Assembly (NCBI GenBank): GCA_001695645.1
Contig: LVZN01000023.1
Coordinates: forward strand, 108,243-140,242
Length of the DNA: 32,000 bases
Direction: 5' to 3'
From: Erysipelotrichaceae bacterium MTC7
GTDB taxonomy: Bacteria; Bacillota_I; Bacilli_A; Erysipelotrichales; Erysipelotrichaceae
Of this stretch, positions 15,124 to 23,842 are shown one piece after another. The stretch's first letter is position 1, and each line of letters opens with the position of its first letter. Made by a program: the position numbers and the translations under genes. The notes beneath the pieces are model-generated. The model was not told where the DNA came from. It worked only from the letters and a program-made list of their open reading frames with translations, and made no database searches.

Positions 15124-15858
15124 CTACATTACCATTCCGCCATCAACGTGAAGAACTTGTCCTGTCACGTAACGACTTTTATCACTAGCTAAAAAACTAA
15201 CCATATTTGCCACATCTTCCATCGTTCCAAAATCTTTCATTGGAATATTCGTTAAGATGGCTTGTTTTACATCGTCACTTAAGACTTCTGTCATCTTTGT
15301 TGTAATAAACCCTGGTGCAATTGCATTTACGGTAATTCCACGTGGTGCAACTTCACGAGCAACACTTTTTGTTAGCCCAATAATTCCAGCTTTACTTGCA
15401 GCATAGTTTGCTTGTCCCACATTTCCAATGAGTCCAATGACACTAGCCATGGAAATAATAGAACCACTGCGTTGTTTCATCATTGGTTTTAACACGTGCT
15501 TGATACAGTTCCATGTTCCTTTTAAGTTCACATCGATAACTGCATCAAAATCTTGTTCAGACATACGTAACATTAACGTGTCTTTTGTAATACCTGAGTT
15601 ATTGACAAGTACATCGATTTGTCCAAAGACTTCAAGTACGCTTTTAACCATTGCTTCAACAGCCGCAAAGTCCGTAACATCCGCATTGATGCATAAGGTT
15701 TTCACACCAAAATCTTCACACTGCTTTGCTGTATCTAATGCTGGTGTATCATCTCCAATGTAGTTAATAACAATATCGTATCCTTCTTTTGCCATTTGTA
15801 AGGCAATCGCTTGGCCAATACCTTGGCTAGCTCCTGTAATTAATGCAACTTTATTCAT
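15124..15858 (-). CDS. fabG: 3-oxoacyl-ACP reductase
   Basis: This is an SDR with TGASQGIG, NNSGI and YAASKAG. It sits between fabD and fabF. Confidence 0.95.
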   Translation of the reverse strand: MNKVALITGASQGIGQAIALQMAKEGYDIVINYIGDDTPALDTAKQCEDFGVKTLCINADVTDFAAVEAMVKSVLEVFGQIDVLVNNSGITKDTLMLRMSEQDFDAVIDVNLKGTWNCIKHVLKPMMKQRSGSIISMASVIGLIGNVGQANYAASKAGIIGLTKSVAREVAPRGITVNAIAPGFITTKMTEVLSDDVKQAILTNIPMKDFGTMEDVANMVSFLASDKSRYVTGQVLHVDGGMVM

Positions 15859-16780
15859 TTGGTTTTACCTCTTTTATCATTGCTTCTAAACTTGCAACAT
15901 CTTCTACGCTATACACGTTTACATCACGGTTAATCTTGCGGACAAACCCCTTTAAGGTACTGCCTGGTCCAATTTCAATAAACGTTGTGACACCTTGATC
16001 TATCATGTACGAAATACTTTGTGAGAAACGCACACTGGATTGGATTTGTTGTTCCAAAAGATCCATAAGTGGTGTTTCGCTTTCTTGTCCACTGACGTTG
16101 TACACAACTGGCAGTTTCGGCTTTTCCATTTCGATTGTTTCAAGTACTTCACGTAGTTTAGATCCCGCTTCTTTTAATAAACTTGAGTGGAATGCGCCAC
16201 TAACATTTAATGGAATGACGCGTCTTGCCCCTTTTTCCATCAATAATGGAACTGCAAGTTCCATCGCTTTACTTGTTCCTGTAATGACAATTTGTCCTGG
16301 ACAGTTGTAGTTTGCAATCTGACAAAGCTCACCTTGGTTGGTTAACTGCTCACAAACATCTTGGATCAATGTTTCATCCAAATTCAAGACTGCCGCCATT
16401 CCACTTGTTCCTGCAGGTAAAGCGTTTGCCATCAACTGTCCACGTTGACGAGTGATGTATGCTGCATCTTTATAACTAAAGGCTCCTGCATACGCTAGTG
16501 CACTGTATTCTCCTAAACTCAACCCAGCCACATAGTCAGGTGTAATTCCATAACTTGAAACAACACTTGCAATCGCTAATGAAGTTGTTAAAATGGCACT
16601 TTGTGCATAGGCTGTATCATTCAACATGTCCTCTGGTCCTTCAAAACAAAGTTGTTTGACATCATAATCAAGCTTTACACTATCATAGACTGCTTTTGCA
16701 ACGGTGTAGTTGTCATACAATTCTTTACCCATACCCACTTTTTGGGCACCTTGACCAGCAAAAATAAATCCTATTTTCAT
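15851..16780 (-). CDS. fabD: Malonyl-CoA:ACP transacylase
   Basis: The product has FAGQGAQKVGMG and GLSLGEYSAL. It shows ATGA start/stop overlap with the upstream gene. Confidence 0.95.
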   Translation of the reverse strand: MKIGFIFAGQGAQKVGMGKELYDNYTVAKAVYDSVKLDYDVKQLCFEGPEDMLNDTAYAQSAILTTSLAIASVVSSYGITPDYVAGLSLGEYSALAYAGAFSYKDAAYITRQRGQLMANALPAGTSGMAAVLNLDETLIQDVCEQLTNQGELCQIANYNCPGQIVITGTSKAMELAVPLLMEKGARRVIPLNVSGAFHSSLLKEAGSKLREVLETIEMEKPKLPVVYNVSGQESETPLMDLLEQQIQSSVRFSQSISYMIDQGVTTFIEIGPGSTLKGFVRKINRDVNVYSVEDVASLEAMIKEVKPNE

Positions 16781-17862
16781 TTTGTTTCCCCTAACGCTTG
16801 TAAGGTTTCACTTTTTAATTCTGCAATTAAATGATCCACACTTACAATTTCATTTACTCTATATGCATTACTGCCAATGAAGACCAGTCCAGAATCTGTA
16901 TTACCTTTGACACTTTGAATGAGTGCTTCACTAATACAGTACGGTGTATCCAATGGATTGCATGGTGTTAAACAATTCAAACATTTGGTAATTGTGACAT
17001 TCCCACGTTCTTTTTGTTTTTTCATGAACGCATTCATAATTCCACGTCCAGGAAATCCAGTTGGACTTTGCACAATTTCAATATCTGATTTTTGACAATC
17101 GACAATGGCTTGTTTGAATGCAATATTGGCATCACATTCATCCGTCGCTATGAAGCGTGTTCCCATTTGGACACCATCTGCTCCAAGCTTGATCATGTTT
17201 GCGATGTCGTTTCCATCATAAATTCCACCAGCCATAAACACTGGTATTTTACGGTTGTATTTTTCTTCGAATGCTTTCAATTCAGCTTTTACGTCATGGA
17301 AAATATCTTCCAATGACTGACATGTATTTTCTAACAGGTCTTCTTTTTTAAATCCTAAGTGACCACCTGCTTCACTTCCTTCAATCACCACAAAATCTGG
17401 TGCAACCTGGTGTCGTTTATCCCAAATCTTACACACGAGTTTTGCAGCTTTACCACTAGATACAATCGGTGCTAGTAAAATACTTGCATCATCGACCATA
17501 CTTGGCAAATCAAGGGGCAATCCAGCGCCAGAAATGATGGCATCAACTTTTGCTTTGACTGCCGCACGTACGTACTCGACGTAATTTTTACTTGCAGCCA
17601 TAATATTGACACCAATCAAACCTTTACCTAAGGCAATGTCACGAGCTTTTTTTACTTCGTCAACAATTGCTTGGCAATTTGCAACTAGATTATCACTGCG
17701 GAAGTTGGGTAAGTTATAACCAGGATGGGCAGCACTAATTACCCCCATACAACCATTGCTAGCAACGGCTCCAGCTAAATTCCCTAAAGATACACCAACA
17801 CCCATACCACCTTGAATCAAAGGGAAAGAGAATGTCTTATCTTTGATTTTTAGTTGTTGCAT
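16777..17862 (-). CDS. Nitronate monooxygenase / FabK-like FMN oxidoreductase family protein (second paralog in the fab operon)
   Basis: The 361-aa product has PLIQGGMGVGVS, EGSEAGGHLG and AGGIYDG. It shares the NMO/FabK TIM-barrel fold family but is clearly diverged from the upstream fabK. The two genes overlap by 13 nt. Confidence 0.7.
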   Translation of the reverse strand: MQQLKIKDKTFSFPLIQGGMGVGVSLGNLAGAVASNGCMGVISAAHPGYNLPNFRSDNLVANCQAIVDEVKKARDIALGKGLIGVNIMAASKNYVEYVRAAVKAKVDAIISGAGLPLDLPSMVDDASILLAPIVSSGKAAKLVCKIWDKRHQVAPDFVVIEGSEAGGHLGFKKEDLLENTCQSLEDIFHDVKAELKAFEEKYNRKIPVFMAGGIYDGNDIANMIKLGADGVQMGTRFIATDECDANIAFKQAIVDCQKSDIEIVQSPTGFPGRGIMNAFMKKQKERGNVTITKCLNCLTPCNPLDTPYCISEALIQSVKGNTDSGLVFIGSNAYRVNEIVSVDHLIAELKSETLQALGETK

Positions 17863-18800
17863 GAAATTTCCTCTTGTTTCTTTTCTAGTTCGTTCAGTTG
17901 AACTTTACTATCACATACAATATAGTCTAAGATTTCTTGAAGTGTTTTTTCTTCTTTTACCATACCGGCAATTTGTCCAATCATAACTGAACCCATTTGC
18001 ATATCACCTTCAAACACTGCTTTACGAAGTGCTCCAAGGGTTAATTTTTCCAATTCTTCACGGTTTGCAGCATCCGCTTCTAGCTTTGTATACGTACGTG
18101 CCATCTTGTTTTTTAAGATACGTACAGGTGAGTTCATACTACGACCCGTTACCACCGTATCGGTATCTTTTGCTTTTAAGACTGCTTGTTTGTAGTTTTC
18201 ATGAACTGGACATTCTTTAGCCACAAGTAAACATGTTCCTACTTGCACCCCAATTGCACCTAAGGCAAGAGCTGCATTGAAAGTACGTCCATCAGCAATC
18301 CCTCCAGCTGCAATCACTGGAATACTTACTGCATCACATACTTGTGGTACCAGTGCCATCGTTGTTTGTTCACCAACATGTCCACCAGCTTCGCCACCTT
18401 CGACGATCAAAGCATCCGCTCCTGAACGTTCCATACGAATACCTAAAGCAACACTTGGCACAACAGGAAAGACTTTCGCTCCACTTGCTTTAAGCATGTC
18501 CATGTAAGGACCAGGATTTCCCGCTCCAGTTGTTACCACTGCAACTTTTTCAGCAGCAATCATTTCCATAATTTCTTTTGTGTAGGGATTCATCATCATC
18601 ACATTCACACCGAATGGTTTCTTGGTTAATGATTTACAAGTGTGAATCGCATCACGTGCTTCTTCTACACTCATCGCTCCCGTTCCAATGATTCCAAGTC
18701 CCCCACAGTTACTTACTGCAGCAGCAAATTCTGCTGTGGCAATGTTTGCCATCGCTCCTTGGATAATTGGGTATTTAATATTTAACATTTTATGTAACAT
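17850..18800 (-). CDS. fabK: Enoyl-ACP reductase II (FMN-dependent)
   Basis: The product has MLHKMLNIKYPIIQGAMANIATAEFAAAVSNCGGLGIIG, EGGEAGGHVG and AAGGIADG. I set the start at ATG 18800, behind AAGGAG with a 7-nt spacer. The upstream ORF-track residues overlap fabH. Confidence 0.85.
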   Translation of the reverse strand: MLHKMLNIKYPIIQGAMANIATAEFAAAVSNCGGLGIIGTGAMSVEEARDAIHTCKSLTKKPFGVNVMMMNPYTKEIMEMIAAEKVAVVTTGAGNPGPYMDMLKASGAKVFPVVPSVALGIRMERSGADALIVEGGEAGGHVGEQTTMALVPQVCDAVSIPVIAAGGIADGRTFNAALALGAIGVQVGTCLLVAKECPVHENYKQAVLKAKDTDTVVTGRSMNSPVRILKNKMARTYTKLEADAANREELEKLTLGALRKAVFEGDMQMGSVMIGQIAGMVKEEKTLQEILDYIVCDSKVQLNELEKKQEEISCNN

Positions 18801-18811
18801 GGTGATTCTCC

Positions 18812-19780
18812 TTAGAATTCTACGAGACTTGCAGCACAAGTAAATCCTGCACCAAAGCCAACCATAACAACACACATACCAGGAGCAATCACACCTTGTT
18901 CCATCGCTTCTGCTAAAGCAATGGGAATGCTTCCTCCTGAGGTGTTGCCGTATTTATGTAAGTTGGTAAAAACTTTTGCTTCATCAATTTTCATACGTTT
19001 TACCACATTGTTAATGATACGAATATTGGCTTGATGTGGAATGAGCACATCAACATCAGCAATTGTTTTTCCAGCTTTTTCAAGAACTGCTTCAACAGCT
19101 TCTTGCAATGCTTTTACAGCAAAGCGGAAGACTTCACTACCATTTTGATAAAGGTAACCAATCTCATGATTTCCATTTTTCAAAAGTTCATGAGTAGGTA
19201 AACCAGGGCAAATCAGTTCTCCGTTCATATCACCAGTAGCATTGGCATAGTGATACATTTCTTTTTCAGTAGCTTCTTGTTTCATGATGACAGCACCAGC
19301 TCCATCGCCAAATAGGATGCATGTATTTCGGTCTGTGTAATCCACAATTTTACTATTCACATCCACACCAACGACCAAAGCACATGTATAATCAGCTAAC
19401 ATGTAGCTTGCAACTTGTAAGGCATACACAAAGCCGGTACAAGCTGCACTGATATCAAAGGCCATCATGGTTTTATCTTGTAAGCCAAGTTTTCCTTGAA
19501 TCAAACAAGCAGTTGATGGTGTGATGTTATCTGGCGTCATTGTTGCACAAACCAACAAATCAATTTCGTTTAGGTCAATACCTGCATTAGCAATTGCTTT
19601 TTTTGCAGCTTCTGTTGCTAAATCACTTGTATTTTGGTCAGTTGAAATGCGACGTTCTTTAATTCCTGTACGCGAAACAATCCATTCATCGTTTGTTTCA
19701 ATAATACTTTCAAATGCTTGGTTTGGGACTGTGTTGTTACCAACAGCATACCCACTTCCAAGAATGTTACGATTTTTCAT
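18812..19780 (-). CDS. fabH: Beta-ketoacyl-ACP synthase III
   Basis: The product has EWIVSRTGIKERR, the Cys context DISAACTGF, HQANIRI and GNTSGGS. I set the start at ATG 19780 (MKNRNILGSGYAV), which overlaps the accA end. Confidence 0.9.
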   Translation of the reverse strand: MKNRNILGSGYAVGNNTVPNQAFESIIETNDEWIVSRTGIKERRISTDQNTSDLATEAAKKAIANAGIDLNEIDLLVCATMTPDNITPSTACLIQGKLGLQDKTMMAFDISAACTGFVYALQVASYMLADYTCALVVGVDVNSKIVDYTDRNTCILFGDGAGAVIMKQEATEKEMYHYANATGDMNGELICPGLPTHELLKNGNHEIGYLYQNGSEVFRFAVKALQEAVEAVLEKAGKTIADVDVLIPHQANIRIINNVVKRMKIDEAKVFTNLHKYGNTSGGSIPIALAEAMEQGVIAPGMCVVMVGFGAGFTCAASLVEF

Positions 19781-20705
19781 AGGTATCACTTCCCATACGA
19801 CGATATTTCTCATATCGTTTTTCCAATAAGTCTTTGCGTTTCATTTTACCTAAAACAGCAAGTTCTTCACGAATGTATTGTTCCATGCTCTTAGCGACTT
19901 CTTGCACATCTTTTTGTGCTCCACCAAGCGGTTCTTTAATAATGGCATCGATGACTTTTTTACTAAGTAAGTCATAGGATGTAAGTTTCATATGTTCGGC
20001 AGCTTCTTTGGCACGACTTGCATCTTTCCATAAAATGGATGCAAACCCTTCTGGTGAAAGAATCGAATAAATCGAGTTCTCTAACATGGCCAAACGGTCC
20101 GCAACACTTAAGGCAAGTGCTCCTCCACTTCCACCTTCACCAATGACGATGGAAATAATCGGGACTTGTAAGCTCGAGAACACCTCTAAGCATTTTGCAA
20201 TTGCTTCTGCTTGTCCACGCTCTTCCGCTTCTTTTCCTGGAAACGCTCCAGAGGTATCCACCAAATTAATGATGGGACGATTGAATTTCTCCGCCTGTTT
20301 GGCTAGTCGCAACGCTTTGCGGTACCCTTCTGGTGAACTCATCCCAAAATTACGAACAAGATTTTCTTCCGTGTTCTTCCCTTTGGCTTGTGCAAGCACA
20401 GTTACCGCTTTTCCATCAAAGGTTGCTAGACCACCAATTAATGCTTGATCATCACGCACACCTCGATCGCCATGTAGCTCCATAAAATCAGGAAACAACA
20501 AGGCAATATAATCATGCGCTTTGGGACGATCTGCATGTCTTGCTAAATACACGCGATCCCAAGCTTTTAAGTTCTTATATGTTTCTTCTTGAATGCGCAA
20601 GATTTGCGCATCAATTTCTTCATAATAACTTGGATCCATATTGTCTGCTTTTGTTTTTTCCGCTTCCAATGATTGGATCAAGATTTCACATTCTTTTAAG
20701 TTCAT
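19767..20705 (-). CDS. accA: Acetyl-CoA carboxylase carboxyltransferase alpha subunit
   Basis: The 312-aa product has RVYLARHADRPKAHDY and DTSGAFPGKEAEERGQAEAIA. Confidence 0.95.
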   Translation of the reverse strand: MNLKECEILIQSLEAEKTKADNMDPSYYEEIDAQILRIQEETYKNLKAWDRVYLARHADRPKAHDYIALLFPDFMELHGDRGVRDDQALIGGLATFDGKAVTVLAQAKGKNTEENLVRNFGMSSPEGYRKALRLAKQAEKFNRPIINLVDTSGAFPGKEAEERGQAEAIAKCLEVFSSLQVPIISIVIGEGGSGGALALSVADRLAMLENSIYSILSPEGFASILWKDASRAKEAAEHMKLTSYDLLSKKVIDAIIKEPLGGAQKDVQEVAKSMEQYIREELAVLGKMKRKDLLEKRYEKYRRMGSDTYEKS

Positions 20706-20709
20706 GTAC

Positions 20710-21573
20710 TTATCCTAGGTGAAATGCCAACAGTTTATGTAAGGTGTCACGTAAATCTTTACGTTCCACAATGGCATCCACAAATCCTTTCTCCAGTAGA
20801 AATTCACTACGTTGAAATTCTTTTGGTAGTACTTCATTGATCGTTTTTTCAATCACGCGTCGTCCAGCAAAGCCAATCAGTGCATTAGGTTCAGCTAATA
20901 TGATATCGCCTAGCATCGCAAAACTTGCACTAACTCCACCAGTCGTTGGATTGGTAAGTAGTGAGATGTAAAGCAAACCTGCTTGATTGTGGCGTTCTAA
21001 GGCACTGCTAGTTTTTGCCATTTGCATCAAAGAATCTATACCTTCTTGCATTCTTGCCCCACCACTTGTACACGATATCAAAAGTGGTAGTTTTTTCTTT
21101 GTGGCAAGTTCGATTGCGCGAGTGATTTTTTCACCAACAACACTACCCATACTTCCCATCATGAAATTACTATCCATAATTGCTACAACCAGTTTGATTC
21201 CTTGAATCGAGCCGGTTCCATAAATCACAGCTTCTTTTAAACCAGTCGCACGTTTGTATTTATCAAGTTTACCTTCATAACCAACAAAACTTGTACCATC
21301 ACTTTCCATATTTGCATCAAGTTCTTTAAAACTATCCACATCAAGGATTTGACGAACACGCTCTCTTGCACTCAACTTTAAATGATGACCACAACGAGGA
21401 CACACATAATAATTTGAGACAAAATCTTCATAAGGTAAGCTTGCATTGCAAACTTCACAACTTTTTAAAATGTCATCTGGTATTTCTTTTGGTTCTACTT
21501 GATGTACAACTTTTTTTCTTGAACGATTGAAAATGGATAATCGTTCTTGACGTTTTTTAAATAAATTCTCCAT
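20710..21573 (-). CDS. accD: Acetyl-CoA carboxylase carboxyltransferase beta subunit
   Basis: The product has an N-terminal Zn ribbon (CEVCNASL...VCPRCGHH) and a MGGSMG-like MMGSMGSVVGEK. Confidence 0.95.
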   Translation of the reverse strand: MENLFKKRQERLSIFNRSRKKVVHQVEPKEIPDDILKSCEVCNASLPYEDFVSNYYVCPRCGHHLKLSARERVRQILDVDSFKELDANMESDGTSFVGYEGKLDKYKRATGLKEAVIYGTGSIQGIKLVVAIMDSNFMMGSMGSVVGEKITRAIELATKKKLPLLISCTSGGARMQEGIDSLMQMAKTSSALERHNQAGLLYISLLTNPTTGGVSASFAMLGDIILAEPNALIGFAGRRVIEKTINEVLPKEFQRSEFLLEKGFVDAIVERKDLRDTLHKLLAFHLG

Positions 21574-22924
21574 TTGCTTTTAACTCCTCTATATAGGATT
21601 CAGCAAAACCTGTATCGTATTTTCCTTCTACAAATTTTGGTGCATGTAAAACCAAATAATGGAATTCAATATTGGTTTCCAAACCATCGATAATTAATTC
21701 ACTAAGTGCACTACGCATCTTTTTAATACAAGCCAAACGTGTTGGTGCAAATGTGATAAGTTTTAAAATCATCGAATCGTAGTAAGGTGGAATTTCATAT
21801 CCACAATATACAGCCGAATCGCTTCGTACCCCTTTTCCTCCAGGAATATGTAAGAAATTAATCTTTCCTGGACTTGGGGCAAAATCATATGCGATATTTT
21901 CCGCATTGATACGACATTCCAGTGCATATCCTTGACGAACGATATCTGCTTGTTTGTATTTCAGTACAGTCCCATCAGCTGAACGAATTTGTTCCTTGAT
22001 GATATCGACACCCGTAATCATTTCACTGATTGGGTGTTCTACTTGTACTCGTGTGTTCATTTCCATGAAATAGAAATGATTGTCTTTATCTAATAAAAAT
22101 TCAATGGTTCCAACCGAGTTGTAGCCCACATACGATGCAGCACGTACTGCAGCATCTAACATACTTTGACGTGTCGCATCATCCAATATATGACAAGGTG
22201 CTTCCTCAATCATTTTTTGATTACGTCTTTGGAAACTGCAATCACGTTCAAACAAATGAATGACATTTCCATGTTTGTCCGCCAACAATTGGACTTCGAT
22301 ATGTTTTGGATTTTCTAAGTATTTTTCCATATACACATCATCATCACCAAAACAAGCCATGGCTTCCGCTTTGGCAGCTTTGAAGTTACTAACATACGTA
22401 TCTTGATTACGAACAATACGCATTCCTCGTCCCCCTCCACCACTACTGGCTTTGATGATCACAGGAAAGCCCATGGTTTTTGCAAGTGCAAGTCCTTCTT
22501 GTTCATCTTTCAAGATTTGCTTACTTCCAGGAATGACTGGAACATTAGCTTCCATCATCATTTGGCGTGCTTTGCTTTTGTTACCCATCTTTTCGATAAT
22601 CTCTGGATCTGGACCAACAAAAATCAAACCACAGCTTTGAACAAGTCTAGCAAACTTTGGATTTTCACTTAGAAACCCAAAGCCTGGGTGAATGGCATCA
22701 CTACCTGTGCTACAAGCTGCTTGAATGATGTTATTCATATTCAGGTAACTCTCATTTACTCTAGGACCACCGATACACACTGCCTCATCAGCTAGTTGTG
22801 TATGCAATGCATCCTTATCCGCACTCGAGTAAAGGGCAACCGTTTTGATTCCCATCTCTTTACAAGCACGAATAATGCGAACGGCGATTTCTCCACGGTT
22901 CGCAATACATAGTTTTTGTATCAT
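21557..22924 (-). CDS. accC: Biotin carboxylase
   Basis: The 455-aa product has an ATP-grasp fold, with MIQKLCIANRGEIAVRIIRA, GGGGRGMRIV and EMNTRVQVEHP. Confidence 0.95.
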   Translation of the reverse strand: MIQKLCIANRGEIAVRIIRACKEMGIKTVALYSSADKDALHTQLADEAVCIGGPRVNESYLNMNNIIQAACSTGSDAIHPGFGFLSENPKFARLVQSCGLIFVGPDPEIIEKMGNKSKARQMMMEANVPVIPGSKQILKDEQEGLALAKTMGFPVIIKASSGGGGRGMRIVRNQDTYVSNFKAAKAEAMACFGDDDVYMEKYLENPKHIEVQLLADKHGNVIHLFERDCSFQRRNQKMIEEAPCHILDDATRQSMLDAAVRAASYVGYNSVGTIEFLLDKDNHFYFMEMNTRVQVEHPISEMITGVDIIKEQIRSADGTVLKYKQADIVRQGYALECRINAENIAYDFAPSPGKINFLHIPGGKGVRSDSAVYCGYEIPPYYDSMILKLITFAPTRLACIKKMRSALSELIIDGLETNIEFHYLVLHAPKFVEGKYDTGFAESYIEELKANGEFI

Positions 22925-22932
22925 AGTATCAC

Positions 22933-23358
22933 CTAATCGATGATCATTAAGACATCATCAAATTGCACCATGTCACCATTGTTTTTGGCAATCCACGCGA
23001 CGCGTCCTGCACAAGGTGCTTTGATTTCGTTTAGTACTTTCATCGCTTCAATGATACATAAGGTATCACCAGCATTAACTTGTGTGCCGACTTCAACAAA
23101 CGGTGCATCGTTTTCAGATGGTGCTACATAGTACGTACCAACTAGTGGACTTTTCACTTCGCTTCCACTTACTTGGTTTGTGCTTTCTACTTTGCTTGTT
23201 ACTTCAGGTGTTGCCACACTTACTGGTGCACTAACGTACTCTACACTGGCTCCTGGCTTTTCCATTGCGATTTTGATATCATCAACTTCCAATTCCATTT
23301 TTGCTAGTGAACTATCTTCAAATAAAGCAATGATTGCTTGTATTTTACTTGTATCCAT
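22933..23358 (-). CDS. accB: Biotin carboxyl carrier protein
   Basis: The 141-aa product has the biotinyl-lysine context CIIEAMKVLNEI. Confidence 0.9.
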   Translation of the reverse strand: MDTSKIQAIIALFEDSSLAKMELEVDDIKIAMEKPGASVEYVSAPVSVATPEVTSKVESTNQVSGSEVKSPLVGTYYVAPSENDAPFVEVGTQVNAGDTLCIIEAMKVLNEIKAPCAGRVAWIAKNNGDMVQFDDVLMIID

Positions 23359-23372
23359 ATCCTATATCTCCT

Positions 23373-23400
23373 TTAAAAAAAAGCTAAGAAATCTTAGCTT
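23373..23400 (-). terminator. Weak intrinsic terminator or attenuator between acpP and accB
   Basis: Minus strand: AAGCTAAG-ATTT-CTTAGCTT followed by TTTTTT. It lies 4 nt after the acpP stop and directly before the accB SD AAAGGAG. Confidence 0.55.
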
Positions 23401-23404
23401 CTAC

Positions 23405-23629
23405 TTATTTCTTTGCGTTAACAATATCGATGATATCTTGAACAGTTTCTAATTTTGCTAGTTCTTCATCTTCGATGCGTACATCAAATTCTGTTTCTAG
23501 TTCAAGTGCAAGTTCTACTGCACTAAGTGAATCAATTCCTAAATCATCTTTTAAGTTTGCTTCTGGCTTAACGTCGTCCGCATCAACGTTGATTGCCTCT
23601 ACTAATACTTTTTTTACGTCTTCTAACAT
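23405..23629 (-). CDS. acpP: Acyl carrier protein
   Basis: The 74-aa acidic protein has the phosphopantetheine site in LGIDSLSAVEL. The SD is GAAGGAGG. Confidence 0.95.
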   Translation of the reverse strand: MLEDVKKVLVEAINVDADDVKPEANLKDDLGIDSLSAVELALELETEFDVRIEDEELAKLETVQDIIDIVNAKK

Positions 23630-23654
23630 AATAATATGCCTCCTTCAAATAAAC

Positions 23655-23669
23655 CTTTGAAACTCAAAG
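23655..23669. promoter_or_regulatory. FabT-box-like palindromic operator at the start of the acpP transcript
   Basis: CTTTGA-AAC-TCAAAG is a perfect 6+3+6 palindrome. It has the same TTTGA-N3-TCAAA geometry as the streptococcal FabT site (AGTTTGACTGTCAAATT, from memory). It lies between the predicted -10 and the acpP SD. Confidence 0.5.
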
Positions 23670-23677
23670 TTGTTTAC

Positions 23678-23706
23678 ATTATACATACTTGGACTATCAA
23701 AGTAAA
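23678..23706 (-). promoter_or_regulatory. Promoter of the acpP-...-plsC operon
   Basis: Minus strand: TTTACT (23706-23701), a 17-nt spacer, then TATAAT (23683-23678). Confidence 0.5.
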
Positions 23707-23755
23707 TACTTTTTTTGAAGAAATTTCGACTTTCAAAGTATTTACCTTTGTTTGT
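23691..23755. repeat. Two direct repeats of about 27 nt, each with an ACTTTGA / TCAAAGT half-site motif, upstream of and overlapping the acpP -35
   Basis: On the plus strand, ggactatcaaagtaaatactttttttg (23691-) and cgactttcaaagtatttacctttgtttg (23727-) lie 36 nt apart. Copy 1 contains the palindrome AAAGTA-aa-TACTTT. Confidence 0.6.
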
Positions 23756-23842
23756 CGAACACATTTGTATTCTAGGCTTCAAAATGAAACCGTTATCAAC
23801 AAAACAAAAGAAAAAGTGTAGATCATCATCCACACTTTTAAA

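Noticed and set aside
23645-23833. The 62-aa minus-strand and 61-aa plus-strand ORFs between LRR protein 2 and acpP.
   Set aside because: The region is occupied by the acpP promoter and its operator repeats. The ORFs have no SD and no recognisable protein features.
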